DNA from: Candidatus Babeliales bacterium
Lineage (GTDB): Bacteria > Babelota > Babeliae > Babelales > Vermiphilaceae
Reading direction: 5' to 3'
NCBI GenBank assembly: GCA_963743635.1
Contig: CAVUQO010000002.1
Coordinates: 512,001-576,000, forward strand
DNA: 64,000 nucleotides
The notes under the pieces: generated by a model
Database searches by the model: none
Seen by the model: the letters and a program-made list of their open reading frames with translations, nothing else
What the model was told of the DNA's origin: nothing
Made by a program: the position numbers and the translations under genes
In this document: positions 43,629 through 53,603 of the stretch, in pieces
How positions within the stretch are numbered: position 1 is the first letter of the stretch
Layout: every line of letters begins with the position of its first letter

Positions 43629-46295
43629 TTATTGGCTATCGAACGGTCGTTCTTTTAGCTTCCAAAGAAGATCAAAGGCCATTTTTGGTGAGAGCTCATC
43701 GTAATTGAGTGTCCTGAAGGGATTGAGAATTTGCTCGAGGACAGCCGCTTTTTGATGCGCTTCTTTGTAAGCATTCAAAAGTTGCTTGTTTTCGGTGCGT
43801 AAAGCCGTTAGTTGGTGGCCGAGGAGGGCGTCAGTTTCCTGATCGCGGACAGCGCCTTGCATGCTGCGAGCTAATGCCGCGCTTTGCTGCTCTTCGCTGA
43901 CTTGTAAGGTTTGCAAAATATGTTCAGCGCGTGTAATGACTGCGCGTGGCAATTCGGCTCGTTTTGCCACTTCTACGCCAAAGCTGCCATCGGCAACGCC
44001 CTTAACAATTTGATGCAGTAGTACAATGCCATGTTTGCCATTACTGCTTGCCGCATAATAACTCGCAATGCCAGGCAGATAATCTTGTAGGTGCGTAAGT
44101 TCATGATAATGGGTTGCAAAAAGGCAACGCGCTTTGATGTGCGTATGGATGTATTCCACTACCGCTTGCGCGATTGCAAGTCCATCGAAGGTACTCGTAC
44201 CGCGTCCTACTTCATCAAGGATAACTAAACTTCTTTCCGTTGCATGTTGGCAGATATGTGCCGTTTCTTCCATTTCAACAAGAAAGGTGCTCTTCCCTTG
44301 CGCCACGTTATCGCCAGCGCCGATGCGCGTAAATATGCGATCCAAGAGCGGTAATGATGCTGCTTTTGCCGGCACGTATGAACCAATTTGTGCCATAATT
44401 GAAATGAGTGCAACCTGGCGTAGGTAGGTTGATTTGCCGCCCATGTTTGGTCCGGTGATGATCCATAACGATTCTGCATCGGTGAGCATCGTATCATTTG
44501 GAATGAAACGACAATCCAAGCTTTGTTCAACAACCGGATGGCGGCCTTGTGTAATTGCTATTGAACGTGCATCATTCCACGTTGGGCGTATATACCCGCG
44601 TTCATAAGCCGTATATGCAAGGCTTAAGAGTACATCAAGATGGGCGAGTGCATGCGCTGCCTTGCGCAACGGATGTATTTGCTCAAAGACCTGCGCTTTG
44701 ATTTCTTCAAATAACTGTTTTTCAACGGCATCGATTTCATTACGTGCGGTGACTAGTTCATGCTGCAGATTTTGGAGCTCGGGCGTGATATACCGTTCGC
44801 GGCCGACGAGTGTTTGTTGGCGCTTATAGTGTGCGGGCACTAAATCAAGATTGGTTTTGGTAATTTCAATGTAGTAACCATGCACGTTATTATAGCGAAT
44901 TTTGAGTGAATTAATGCCGGTTGCTGCTTGTTCTCGCAATTCAAGATCAAGAATGTTTTTATGCGCATTGTGCACGAGTGAACGCATGCGATCAAGTTTG
45001 GCATCAAATCCTTGTTTGATGATCCATTCTGTACTGGTATCGGTATTGAGTGCACGCTCGAGTAGATCACATAATGCGCTAAAATCGCCCAAATACTGAT
45101 GTATGCTTGCAAAGATAATCGTCTTTGTGTGCGGGTAGAGCAGTTCGCGCAATTGTGGTAATCGCGAGAGTGATTCATGCAATGCCTGATAATCATGCAT
45201 ATGCGCGCGATTGAGTGCGATGCGGCCGATGATACGTTCTAAATCGCCAATTCCTCGTAAACCTTTTTGCGTTTGCTGCATGAGCGTAATGTGTTGCATA
45301 AAGGTGGCAATAATGTCGTGCCGATGCGCTATTGCATCCTGTTTGACGAGCGGGCGCAGGAGCCATTTTTTGAGCATGCGAGAACCCATTGAGGTGGTAG
45401 CCGTATCGAGAACTGAAAAAAGTGTGTGCGCCGTACTGCCATCATGATTGTTTTTAACGAGTTCTAAATTGCGTTGCGTTGCCGCATCGATGAGCAAAAA
45501 ATCATCCGGTTCATAAAAATGAATGGAGGTGAACTGTTCAAGGGATGATGATTGGGTGCGTTTAAGGTAGGCAAATAAATTGTAGAGTGCTTGTTGTAGT
45601 GCTGCATCAGTGCTTACCTTATCATGCGTTTCTCGATGCAATGTACGTTTGATGAGTGCGCGTATGCTATCGGTTTCATCATGATCATGCATGATGGTGG
45701 TGAAGTAGCCGAGTTGTTTGAAATTTTGTTGCAGCTGTTTTGCTTCAGACGATTGCGGAATTAAAATTTCATCGGGGAAAAAGCGAGAGAGCTCGGCCTC
45801 CAGTTGTTTAACGCTGTCTGTAGGCAGGATCGTGGCAAAAAGTTGTGCGGTTAATAATTCGCCAAATACCAAGCCCCATGATGTTTTAAGCGGTACGAAG
45901 GAAAATAAATAGGATGCAGATTTTTCATTGAGCAGCGTACTTTCAACGAGGGTGCCGGGAGTGAGCAATTGTGTGACGCCTCGTTTAACGACAGTGCCTG
46001 GCTTTGGCTCTTCAAGCTGATCGCAGATGGCAACTTTAAAGCCGCCTTTAACCAGCTTTGATACATAATGATCTCGCGCATGGACAGGGACGCCGCAGAG
46101 CGGGATCGGTTCCCCCTTACTTTTGCCTCGTGCGGTGAGGGTAATGCCTAAAAAGGCCGCTGCGGTCTTCGCATCATCATAGAAAAGCTCATAAAAATCC
46201 CCCACCTGGAACAAAAGGAGTGCGTCAGGATACTCGGCCTTTATGGCCTCAAATTGTTGCATTAAGGGGGTGGATTCTTTTTTATCTATGTCCAT
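43629..46295 (-). CDS. mutS: DNA mismatch repair protein MutS
   Basis: TPLMQQ, GDFYELF, ITGPNMGGKSTYLRQ, STFLVEM, DEVGRGTST, FATHYHEL. Confidence 0.97.
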   Translation of the reverse strand: MDIDKKESTPLMQQFEAIKAEYPDALLLFQVGDFYELFYDDAKTAAAFLGITLTARGKSKGEPIPLCGVPVHARDHYVSKLVKGGFKVAICDQLEEPKPGTVVKRGVTQLLTPGTLVESTLLNEKSASYLFSFVPLKTSWGLVFGELLTAQLFATILPTDSVKQLEAELSRFFPDEILIPQSSEAKQLQQNFKQLGYFTTIMHDHDETDSIRALIKRTLHRETHDKVSTDAALQQALYNLFAYLKRTQSSSLEQFTSIHFYEPDDFLLIDAATQRNLELVKNNHDGSTAHTLFSVLDTATTSMGSRMLKKWLLRPLVKQDAIAHRHDIIATFMQHITLMQQTQKGLRGIGDLERIIGRIALNRAHMHDYQALHESLSRLPQLRELLYPHTKTIIFASIHQYLGDFSALCDLLERALNTDTSTEWIIKQGFDAKLDRMRSLVHNAHKNILDLELREQAATGINSLKIRYNNVHGYYIEITKTNLDLVPAHYKRQQTLVGRERYITPELQNLQHELVTARNEIDAVEKQLFEEIKAQVFEQIHPLRKAAHALAHLDVLLSLAYTAYERGYIRPTWNDARSIAITQGRHPVVEQSLDCRFIPNDTMLTDAESLWIITGPNMGGKSTYLRQVALISIMAQIGSYVPAKAASLPLLDRIFTRIGAGDNVAQGKSTFLVEMEETAHICQHATERSLVILDEVGRGTSTFDGLAIAQAVVEYIHTHIKARCLFATHYHELTHLQDYLPGIASYYAASSNGKHGIVLLHQIVKGVADGSFGVEVAKRAELPRAVITRAEHILQTLQVSEEQQSAALARSMQGAVRDQETDALLGHQLTALRTENKQLLNAYKEAHQKAAVLEQILNPFRTLNYDELSPKMAFDLLWKLKERPFDSQ

Positions 46296-46352
46296 GGCTA
46301 TCGTTAAGTTGTGAAAGGACTATAAAACTGGTTCAACTGTAGCATAATTTCT

Positions 46353-46466
46353 CAAGAATGGCGACCTTGGAATGTGAGGTATAAGCAGGCGGGCACCGCA
46401 AGGGGGATTGCTGCCGTCCTTGGGTGATTCGATCGACATCTTACAGGTTCAGATGGCATGCTCTTG
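46353..46466. ncRNA. Candidate structured RNA (6S-like long hairpin)
   Basis: GC-rich island in an AT-rich intergenic region; ends pair (CAAGA/TCTTG, GACC/GGTT, TGTGAG/CTTACA) around an internal bubble and inner stem. Confidence 0.3.
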
Positions 46467-46588
46467 GCTGTTTTATGAGGCTTTTTGCCCTGATCGGTCT
46501 GTACAATTGGCGCAATAATTGGTAGTCTGGGGAATATGTAGGTTATAATGTGAGCCAAATTCTTTGGTTCATAGAGGGAATAATTATC

Positions 46589-47497
46589 ATGAATATATAT
46601 CTAAAAAATCTAGTCTTAGCGCTCGCTTTATGCGGTATGCCGCTTAACATCTATGCCGACACGCAAAACGCAGCTGAAATTAATGCAGCTGAACCTGTAG
46701 CAGCAGTTTTTAATATCCCCAAGATTGAAACAATTCGCATAGACTCCAAACAACAACATTTTGATCGCGTAGCTACTCGTTATCAGTACCTAAAATGGGG
46801 CTGTATAGGGGCATTGTCAGCGTATGTGGTATATAAAAATTTCATACAATCTGATACCATAGCGCCGGAAGCCAAAAAATTGGCAGAACTTACTCAACAA
46901 GTAAATAGTCTGGCTGAGCAGGTTGAAAAATTGGGTAAACCAGCAAATGAAAGTTTATTGTCGCGGATTGGTAGCACCGTAAGTAACATTAGTTTTGGCC
47001 TTGGGTTGAGTACCTTTATCCAAATTGTTGCCTATTCTATAGCGAGTAATAAATTAAGTCGCCTGGTAGACGTTGATAGTTTTTGGGAGACGATGCGATC
47101 CGAACCTGATTTGGTAAAAGGTATTATTGCGAAAAGCAAACGACTGGTGCCGGACATGAGCAAAGCTCCACTGACCAGCCTAGAAACAGATCATCTATGC
47201 CGTATGATCCAAGATAGTGGTGTGCTTCTTAAGAAAAACATTGAAGCGCTGATTGGCTTTATACGCCACAAACAGAGCCAGGATAAAGATCTTGATCCTA
47301 TCATTGTCGCACAAATCAATGATCAAATTCTCTATCTAACTATGACTTTTAACCATTTTGCTGAAAAAATGACCACTCTTTTGAATACTGACTATAGCAG
47401 CATGGATAAAAAGTCTGCGGCTATCATAGAGTGCGCGCAGCAATTTGGTGATGATTATGGCGTGATCAGAGATCAGTTTAAGGTACTCGCCGACTAG
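46589..47497 (+). CDS. Hypothetical secreted/membrane protein
   Basis: Signal peptide ending IYA, two TM segments with a short coiled coil between them. Confidence 0.78.
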   Translation: MNIYLKNLVLALALCGMPLNIYADTQNAAEINAAEPVAAVFNIPKIETIRIDSKQQHFDRVATRYQYLKWGCIGALSAYVVYKNFIQSDTIAPEAKKLAELTQQVNSLAEQVEKLGKPANESLLSRIGSTVSNISFGLGLSTFIQIVAYSIASNKLSRLVDVDSFWETMRSEPDLVKGIIAKSKRLVPDMSKAPLTSLETDHLCRMIQDSGVLLKKNIEALIGFIRHKQSQDKDLDPIIVAQINDQILYLTMTFNHFAEKMTTLLNTDYSSMDKKSAAIIECAQQFGDDYGVIRDQFKVLAD

Positions 47498-47717
47498 GAT
47501 CGTTTATTAATCGGCAGGTACAAAAAACAGCCTAAAAAGGTTATGAAATAGTAGAGTAAGAAGGGCATACAACTATGGACCAACCGATATAACTGTGCTA
47601 TAATAGCTGTAATTCCCAAAAATGCCCCGGTTCATGAGACATTCGGATCGGTGTGGCTATGGAAACATTAATTGGGTGTATCAATACGCATAACAGACTC
47701 AAGAGTAGGATAAGATT

Positions 47718-48083
47718 ATGGCAGAACAAAAACGAGGCCAATCGCCCGCAAAACCAGAAGAAATGCCGGTTTTCGAACAATATGCAATTTTCCAAACAGG
47801 CGGTAAACAATACCAAGCTATCCCTGGAAAAACGATCGAAATCGAAAAACTTGAAGGTGATGCTGGTAGTTCAATCGAATTTACTGAAGTATTGCTCAGA
47901 AAAACAGGTGACAAGAATGTTGAAATCGGCCGACCATACGTGGCAACTCCGGTAAAAGCATCTATCATCAAACACATGCGTGGACCGAAATTGATTGTCT
48001 TTAAATTCAAGCGCCGTAAAAAGGTTCGCGTGAAAAAAGGACATCGTCAGCCACACTCAGTGGTTCGTATCGAATCGATATAA
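47718..48083 (+). CDS. rplU: 50S ribosomal protein L21
   Basis: YAIFQTGGKQY, IGRPYV, KLIVFKFKRRK, KKGHRQPHS. Confidence 0.96.
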   Translation: MAEQKRGQSPAKPEEMPVFEQYAIFQTGGKQYQAIPGKTIEIEKLEGDAGSSIEFTEVLLRKTGDKNVEIGRPYVATPVKASIIKHMRGPKLIVFKFKRRKKVRVKKGHRQPHSVVRIESI

Positions 48084-48134
48084 ATTTTGGTTCTACTTTC
48101 GCTCATCATGAGCGGGACAAAGACAGAACGTATT

Positions 48135-48164
48135 AAGGCAGGATTTTTTAAATCCTGCCTTTTT
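48135..48164 (+). terminator. rplU terminator; related hairpins at 50117-50147 and 50684-50713
   Basis: AAGGCAGGA...TCCTGCCTTTTT. Confidence 0.8.
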
Positions 48165-48454
48165 CCTTTTATATGGGCAAAAACAGCTGCCAACCCTGGG
48201 GGTTGGCCTTTTTTTTATTCTAGGTAGCCCAATATCAAAAAGCCCCTCCTCCTCCCTGCGAGCCCAGCACTCCCCTTCACCCTCTATTTTTTAGACAAAA
48301 TATTACCAATAAGAAAAATATTATACCTTAAAAAAGGCTGGTTTGGCTGTTTTTTGCATTTTTGAGGGTAGGGGGGCGGTTGCGCAAAGTTTTCAATTTG
48401 ATAATATTAAGAGTAGATAAAGTATTTTTAATCAAATAATGGGAGACTAATAGT

Positions 48455-48754
48455 ATGAAACGTATTTATTTTAAAATTATCGTTCTTATGGCTGTTTTTG
48501 CTGTAGCAACACAGATGCAGGCGGGTAGGCCGAAAACAGCGCATGCAAAGCATGAAAAAGGGAGCCTCGTGACGCCTGCAGAACAAGACATAATGTTAGC
48601 AGCCGTCGCCAGCACCGATCAACCGCTCGAAAACTATTCATTAGAATCGAGTCTCAATAACTTGTCAGTAGAAAAAGTTGCAGTATTAAGTGCGCAATTA
48701 GAAAATACATTGAAAAATTTACATTACTCAGAGAGTCTTTTGTGGCGATCGTAA
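48455..48754 (+). CDS. Small secreted hypothetical protein (MKRxYF leader family)
   Basis: GGGAG RBS; leader MKRIYFKIIVLMAVFAVATQMQA. Confidence 0.65.
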   Translation: MKRIYFKIIVLMAVFAVATQMQAGRPKTAHAKHEKGSLVTPAEQDIMLAAVASTDQPLENYSLESSLNNLSVEKVAVLSAQLENTLKNLHYSESLLWRS

Positions 48755-48780
48755 TAGTATAAATTTAATGGAGGATTATA

Positions 48781-50097
48781 ATGAAACGTACTTATTTTAG
48801 AATTATAGGCCTTACGGCCATATCAATAGCTTCGCAGCACGCGTATGCGATGCAGAATGTAGTGAAGACAATGTCGCGATTGATGCCGGTAATAACGGCA
48901 TCAGCCAGAACAGCCGTCACCCCAACGGTTGCACCAGCGGCACGATTATTTACGGCGCAACCTGCACGCTTAGCATCTACGGTTGCATCGCGTAATACAT
49001 TTGGCTATCAGCCGGTTGAGAATGCAGCGCTTTTTGGAAGATCATTTTCTAGTACCGCAATCAGGCATAAACCAGATTTTAGTTCTAAGGATCCCTACAA
49101 AGTACTCGATGTAAAACCTGGATCTTCAAAAAAAGAGATTAAAGCAGCTTATTATAAAGCTATGCAAGAAAATCATCCCGATACAAATAATCATCCCGAT
49201 GCAAAATCGAACGCTCAGAAACTTAATGATGCCCATGCAAAGCTGACAGAAAAAGATACAGATGATCAAGGCTTTCAAGCCGAGGGATTTCAAGATGATT
49301 TCCAGAAAGCTGCGGCTTATCATCAAACATTCTATCAACCTTCAGCAAACCGCCAAGCGGCAATAGATAGATCATTTTCATATGCATATCGTTGTGAACT
49401 TCCTGCACATATTTACGGTAATTTCCACGGTAAAGGGCCGCACTTTTTTGAAGGTGGGCGAGTTATAGCAGTAGGTTTACGCTCTTTTGATCGAGAACCT
49501 GTTGATCCAGATCATGTGAGAGGCGAAATTACCTTCCGACAATTTGGTTCAGGGATTCTTGACGGAGAATATTTAGAGGTTGAATATACCCGCCCAATCA
49601 CTGCAGAAGATCGCGCAGCGAAAGCAAAAGTTAAAGAAATACTAGAGCGCGAATTGCCTGACATTGAAAAAAGACGGCTGGCTATTCTTGATAAGTGGGT
49701 TGAATATGGCGCATTGGATAACGACTATAATTACTTGTTAAATAAACGCGAAAACAAGTTTGTTGACGTAGAAGCGTGTGACTTTAAATTGGGCTTTGGA
49801 TTTATCTTGTATGATCGATATAACAAATTTGGCACTACGGTAGTGAATAAGGCAGAAAGAGCAAATATCATTTTTGGAAATGTAGTTGATCAAGTGACTA
49901 TAGACGATCTTATATACCATAAACAATGGAAATGTCTTGATCAATACGTCAATAAGAGCATTGTAAATGAAAAATGGGATCTTGAAAAAAATCATGAAAA
50001 TCTCGTGAAAAAGTATGAAGAAGCATTAGCGATTCATAAGCAAAAGCAATATAACAACATGATTGATCGCATGATCGGTGATTCAGAGCCGTACTAA
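48781..50097 (+). CDS. Secreted DnaJ (J-domain) protein with mitochondrial-presequence-like segment
   Basis: Leader ending AYAM; R/S/T/A-rich segment ending RSFSSTAIRH; DPYKVLDV...EIKAAYYK...HPD J-domain. Confidence 0.85.
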   Translation: MKRTYFRIIGLTAISIASQHAYAMQNVVKTMSRLMPVITASARTAVTPTVAPAARLFTAQPARLASTVASRNTFGYQPVENAALFGRSFSSTAIRHKPDFSSKDPYKVLDVKPGSSKKEIKAAYYKAMQENHPDTNNHPDAKSNAQKLNDAHAKLTEKDTDDQGFQAEGFQDDFQKAAAYHQTFYQPSANRQAAIDRSFSYAYRCELPAHIYGNFHGKGPHFFEGGRVIAVGLRSFDREPVDPDHVRGEITFRQFGSGILDGEYLEVEYTRPITAEDRAAKAKVKEILERELPDIEKRRLAILDKWVEYGALDNDYNYLLNKRENKFVDVEACDFKLGFGFILYDRYNKFGTTVVNKAERANIIFGNVVDQVTIDDLIYHKQWKCLDQYVNKSIVNEKWDLEKNHENLVKKYEEALAIHKQKQYNNMIDRMIGDSEPY

Positions 50098-50337
50098 TGT
50101 CATTATGAGATTAAGGAAAGGCAGGATTAAACTCCCTGCCTTTTTTTGTGCCTTTTCTATCCGGTCTCTGACCTTGGGTAAACCTGGGGTGATCTGTGTT
50201 TCGGTCAAAATTTAAAAAAAAGCCAATAAAATCGCACAAATCATTGATTTTGGTCATTCCAACTTGATACTATTATGGATGAGAAGGGGGATTGATGGTC
50301 AATCTCCGATTATTCTATATTTCAAGGTGAGGGACTG

Positions 50338-50658
50338 ATGAAACGTACTTATTTGACTATATTTGCTGTGGTGGCACTCTGTGCGGGAATGCATCAATTA
50401 CAGGCAATGCATAGCGAAGAAATGAAGAGGATAAACAGGCGTATAAGTGTGCTAAAATACAAGGGTAATACTGAAAGAAATAATATTGAAATGTCTGAAT
50501 TATATGCGCGAAAAAGAGAACTAGAGCGACTTGACGTGGAGCAAGCTGCGCGAGGGCTCAGACAGATGAGGCAGGAGCCACAGGGTAGAGATTCAGACGA
50601 TGACGAGTTTAGACAGATGCAGCAGGAGCCACAGGGTGCAGATTCAGACGATGAATAG
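50338..50658 (+). CDS. Small secreted protein with tandem C-terminal repeat
   Basis: Leader MKRTYL...LQAM; RQMxQEPQGxDSDD twice. Confidence 0.72.
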   Translation: MKRTYLTIFAVVALCAGMHQLQAMHSEEMKRINRRISVLKYKGNTERNNIEMSELYARKRELERLDVEQAARGLRQMRQEPQGRDSDDDEFRQMQQEPQGADSDDE

Positions 50659-50786
50659 ATACTAGTGAATCAAATGAACCAAAAGAAGGCAGGATTAAAC
50701 TCCTGCCTTCTTCTTTTTCTCAAAGTATTGATTATAGGGCTTGATTTGAACTATCCTCATAAAAAAGATCGTATAAAGGGGGGACT

Positions 50787-51200
50787 ATGAAAAAGCTTGG
50801 GGAAAAAATTGGCTTTTTGGGAATTATGCTCTTATTAATGTCGTATCTGCATGGTGTTGCATATGATATGCAATGCACGGGCATGTTTATCAATAATAAA
50901 GTCGATCGTAAAATGCTCATACGTTTTTATAATGAATTTAATGATGAGCAACAGCGCTATGAGAGTTTGCCCAATGAGCATCGCGAAGTCAGGCTCAAGA
51001 ATGGCGTTATGCAGCGATTGACGCGCGTGAGTGTTACGATGAGAGATCCAGAGACTGGTAATGATATCATGAAGGATCTCGATTATGAGACTAGTCCGAA
51101 AAACAAAATTGTTGGTTTAGAAATAATCATGAATCCCGATCTTCAATTGCGATGGCATTATGAGGATGAGGATCTTAAGCAAAATCCCTCAACTAAATAA
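50787..51200 (+). CDS. Hypothetical exported protein
   Basis: GGGGG RBS, N-terminal hydrophobic segment. Confidence 0.65.
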   Translation: MKKLGEKIGFLGIMLLLMSYLHGVAYDMQCTGMFINNKVDRKMLIRFYNEFNDEQQRYESLPNEHREVRLKNGVMQRLTRVSVTMRDPETGNDIMKDLDYETSPKNKIVGLEIIMNPDLQLRWHYEDEDLKQNPSTK

Positions 51201-51204
51201 TATT

Positions 51205-51939
51205 TCAGGCAGCTATGCGCTTGAAATATGCCAGAAATTCTTTGTTGCCGGTCGCGCCTTCGATAGGCGATTCAGTGACGCCGATGCATGAAAAGCCGAC
51301 GGCTTCTATTCCTTTGGTCACGTGTTCAATCACGCTTTGATGGATAGCGGGATCTTTGATGATGCCCCCGCGGCCTACTTGTCCTCGTTGTGCTTCAAAT
51401 TGCGGTTTGATGAGCACAATCATCTGACCATCATCTTTGAGCACGCTCAGGATAGCATCCATAACTTTCAGCACAGAGATAAAAGAAAGATCGAGTGTTA
51501 CGAGATCAACTTTCTCACCAATATCACGCACTTCGCGCAAATTAGTGCGTTCTTTTACGATCACGCGTGGATCGGTACGAATTTTTTCATGAACTTGTCC
51601 ATAGCCCACATCGATGCCGTATATTTTTTGTGCGCCGCGTTGCAGCAAGCAATCGGCAAAACCGCCAGTTGAAAGGCCTGCATCGAGGACTATCAAATTG
51701 GTCACGTCAATATTGAAATGGTCGAGCGCTTTTTCAAGCTTGAGACCAGCGCGACTGACATATTTTGGTTCTTCAATGTTGAGCGTTATGCGTGCATCAT
51801 CTGGAACGAGGATGCCGTTTTTGGTTATAACGGCATCATTAACGATCACTTTTCCTTGCATAATCCAGCTTTGAATTTGTCGGCGGCTGTATTCTGGATG
51901 AAGCTCTAACAGTTTAACATCAAGTCTTTTCTTGCTCAT
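51205..51939 (-). CDS. tlyA: TlyA family rRNA 2'-O-methyltransferase
   Basis: S4 domain KKRLD, YVSRAGLKLEKAL, DAGLSTGGF, DLSFIS, LIKPQFE, GNKEFL. Confidence 0.95.
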   Translation of the reverse strand: MSKKRLDVKLLELHPEYSRRQIQSWIMQGKVIVNDAVITKNGILVPDDARITLNIEEPKYVSRAGLKLEKALDHFNIDVTNLIVLDAGLSTGGFADCLLQRGAQKIYGIDVGYGQVHEKIRTDPRVIVKERTNLREVRDIGEKVDLVTLDLSFISVLKVMDAILSVLKDDGQMIVLIKPQFEAQRGQVGRGGIIKDPAIHQSVIEHVTKGIEAVGFSCIGVTESPIEGATGNKEFLAYFKRIAA

Positions 51940-53603
51940 TATGCCTTTGCGATTTTTAAACTGCGGTTATGTTGGCTTGCGATAATGTCACGCGACAAAT
52001 CGGTTAGCTGATAGCGGAAATCTTTTGATAATTGTGGTTCTTCTTGAACTACCTTATCCATAGAGAGTGCTACGAGAATGTTATCTGAAGTACGTGTCAA
52101 GTTGTCAGTAGCGCGAATGGTTAAGAATGTTTCACGAGCACCATTTTTTATCGCTTTTCTGAAATCTTCAAGCGTATGGACGATGACACCGTTAACTTCA
52201 TTGATGGTTGCACCAACGGTTAATGCGCGTGAGCGATGCAATTGAGAGTTCGGGAAAATATGTGTAATCAAGAGTACCGGTTCAGCACGATTTGAGAGTT
52301 CAACATATTTCATTAAACCTGGAACGCTATTTTTCATCACATGAATATGATTAAAGGTGAGTTGCATAACGACCATGCCACCAAAGATTTCATAATCTAT
52401 GTTTTCGTACATTGGATAGACTTCACGAATTGGCGGAAGTTCGGTTTGGCTGAATTTTACAGACACTTCCTTTTTCTTGCCTTTTCGGTACGCGACGATG
52501 GTGACATCTTCGCCAATTGATATGCGCGATACATAGTTTACGAGTGATATCTTATCTTCGCTCCAAGGCACTTTCATTTCGCCATAAATGTCGATTGCAT
52601 GTCCATTGATTTCATAGAGCATGTCGCCTTTTTCAATACCCGCTTTAAAGAGAGTGCTATCTTTCACCACTTCAACCACGTAGCAGCCGCCCGGTGCCGG
52701 GTTGCCAAGATATTGGGTTAATTCGCTGCTGGCATTATTGAAAAGAACGCCTAAGAATGGTTTTCGTAATAATGTTACTTTATACAGATCAGCTTCTATC
52801 GCCTTAAGATCATTGATAGGGATAAAATAGCCAACGTTATTTGCATCAGCAATAATCGCGGTATTGATCCCGACGACTTCGCCTCGTTTATTGAGGGTAG
52901 GGCCGCCTGAATTGCCGGGATTAAGAGCTGCGCTCATCTGAATCATATTTTGTTCGCGGCCGCTGATGACGCCGGTAGTACTTTTGAGGCATTGTTGACC
53001 AAGTGGGTATCCGAGTGCCATCACTTCATCAGAGCGGAATACGTTATCTGAATTTCCGAGAGCGAGGTAAGGGATTTTGCCCAATTTGCTTTTTACTTTT
53101 TCATAGCTTTCAGGGGTTAGCTTCATAAGTGCAATATCACGTTCAGGAGAAATGCTCACCATGACCACATCGATAATTTCCTTGCCGAGCGAAGGCATTT
53201 GAATCCAAATGGCGCGCGCTTGGTTGATGACGTGCGCGTTGGTAATCAGATATCCTTCAGCATTAATAAAGAATGCGGTGCCATAGGCAGTGTATTGGTT
53301 TGGGGTTTTATACGGCTCTAACGTGTTAATTTCGGCTATTTGGGAAAATACTTGCACAACGGTATCTCTGACTGCGTCTTGTACCGGGCGCCATACTTCA
53401 CTTTTACTAACGACCTCTATTGCTTCAGGGGAAAAATCAATATGGGTGCGCATGTCGGCGAGTTGATTTTGATCATTACGGATGGCTTCAAGCGCTTTGC
53501 GAAGGGATTCTTGTTCTTTGATTATTTCGCGAGAGTTATACCATAAACCAGCGCAAGTGCCGAGTAAAACTACTATTATTAAACCAGTTTGAGTTATTCT
53601 CAT
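51939..53603 (-). CDS. Trypsin-like serine protease with PDZ domains (HtrA/Deg family)
   Basis: GTAFFI, ITNAHV, DIAL, LNPGNSGGP, downstream PDZ-like regions, N-terminal TM segment. Confidence 0.9.
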   Translation of the reverse strand: MRITQTGLIIVVLLGTCAGLWYNSREIIKEQESLRKALEAIRNDQNQLADMRTHIDFSPEAIEVVSKSEVWRPVQDAVRDTVVQVFSQIAEINTLEPYKTPNQYTAYGTAFFINAEGYLITNAHVINQARAIWIQMPSLGKEIIDVVMVSISPERDIALMKLTPESYEKVKSKLGKIPYLALGNSDNVFRSDEVMALGYPLGQQCLKSTTGVISGREQNMIQMSAALNPGNSGGPTLNKRGEVVGINTAIIADANNVGYFIPINDLKAIEADLYKVTLLRKPFLGVLFNNASSELTQYLGNPAPGGCYVVEVVKDSTLFKAGIEKGDMLYEINGHAIDIYGEMKVPWSEDKISLVNYVSRISIGEDVTIVAYRKGKKKEVSVKFSQTELPPIREVYPMYENIDYEIFGGMVVMQLTFNHIHVMKNSVPGLMKYVELSNRAEPVLLITHIFPNSQLHRSRALTVGATINEVNGVIVHTLEDFRKAIKNGARETFLTIRATDNLTRTSDNILVALSMDKVVQEEPQLSKDFRYQLTDLSRDIIASQHNRSLKIAKA

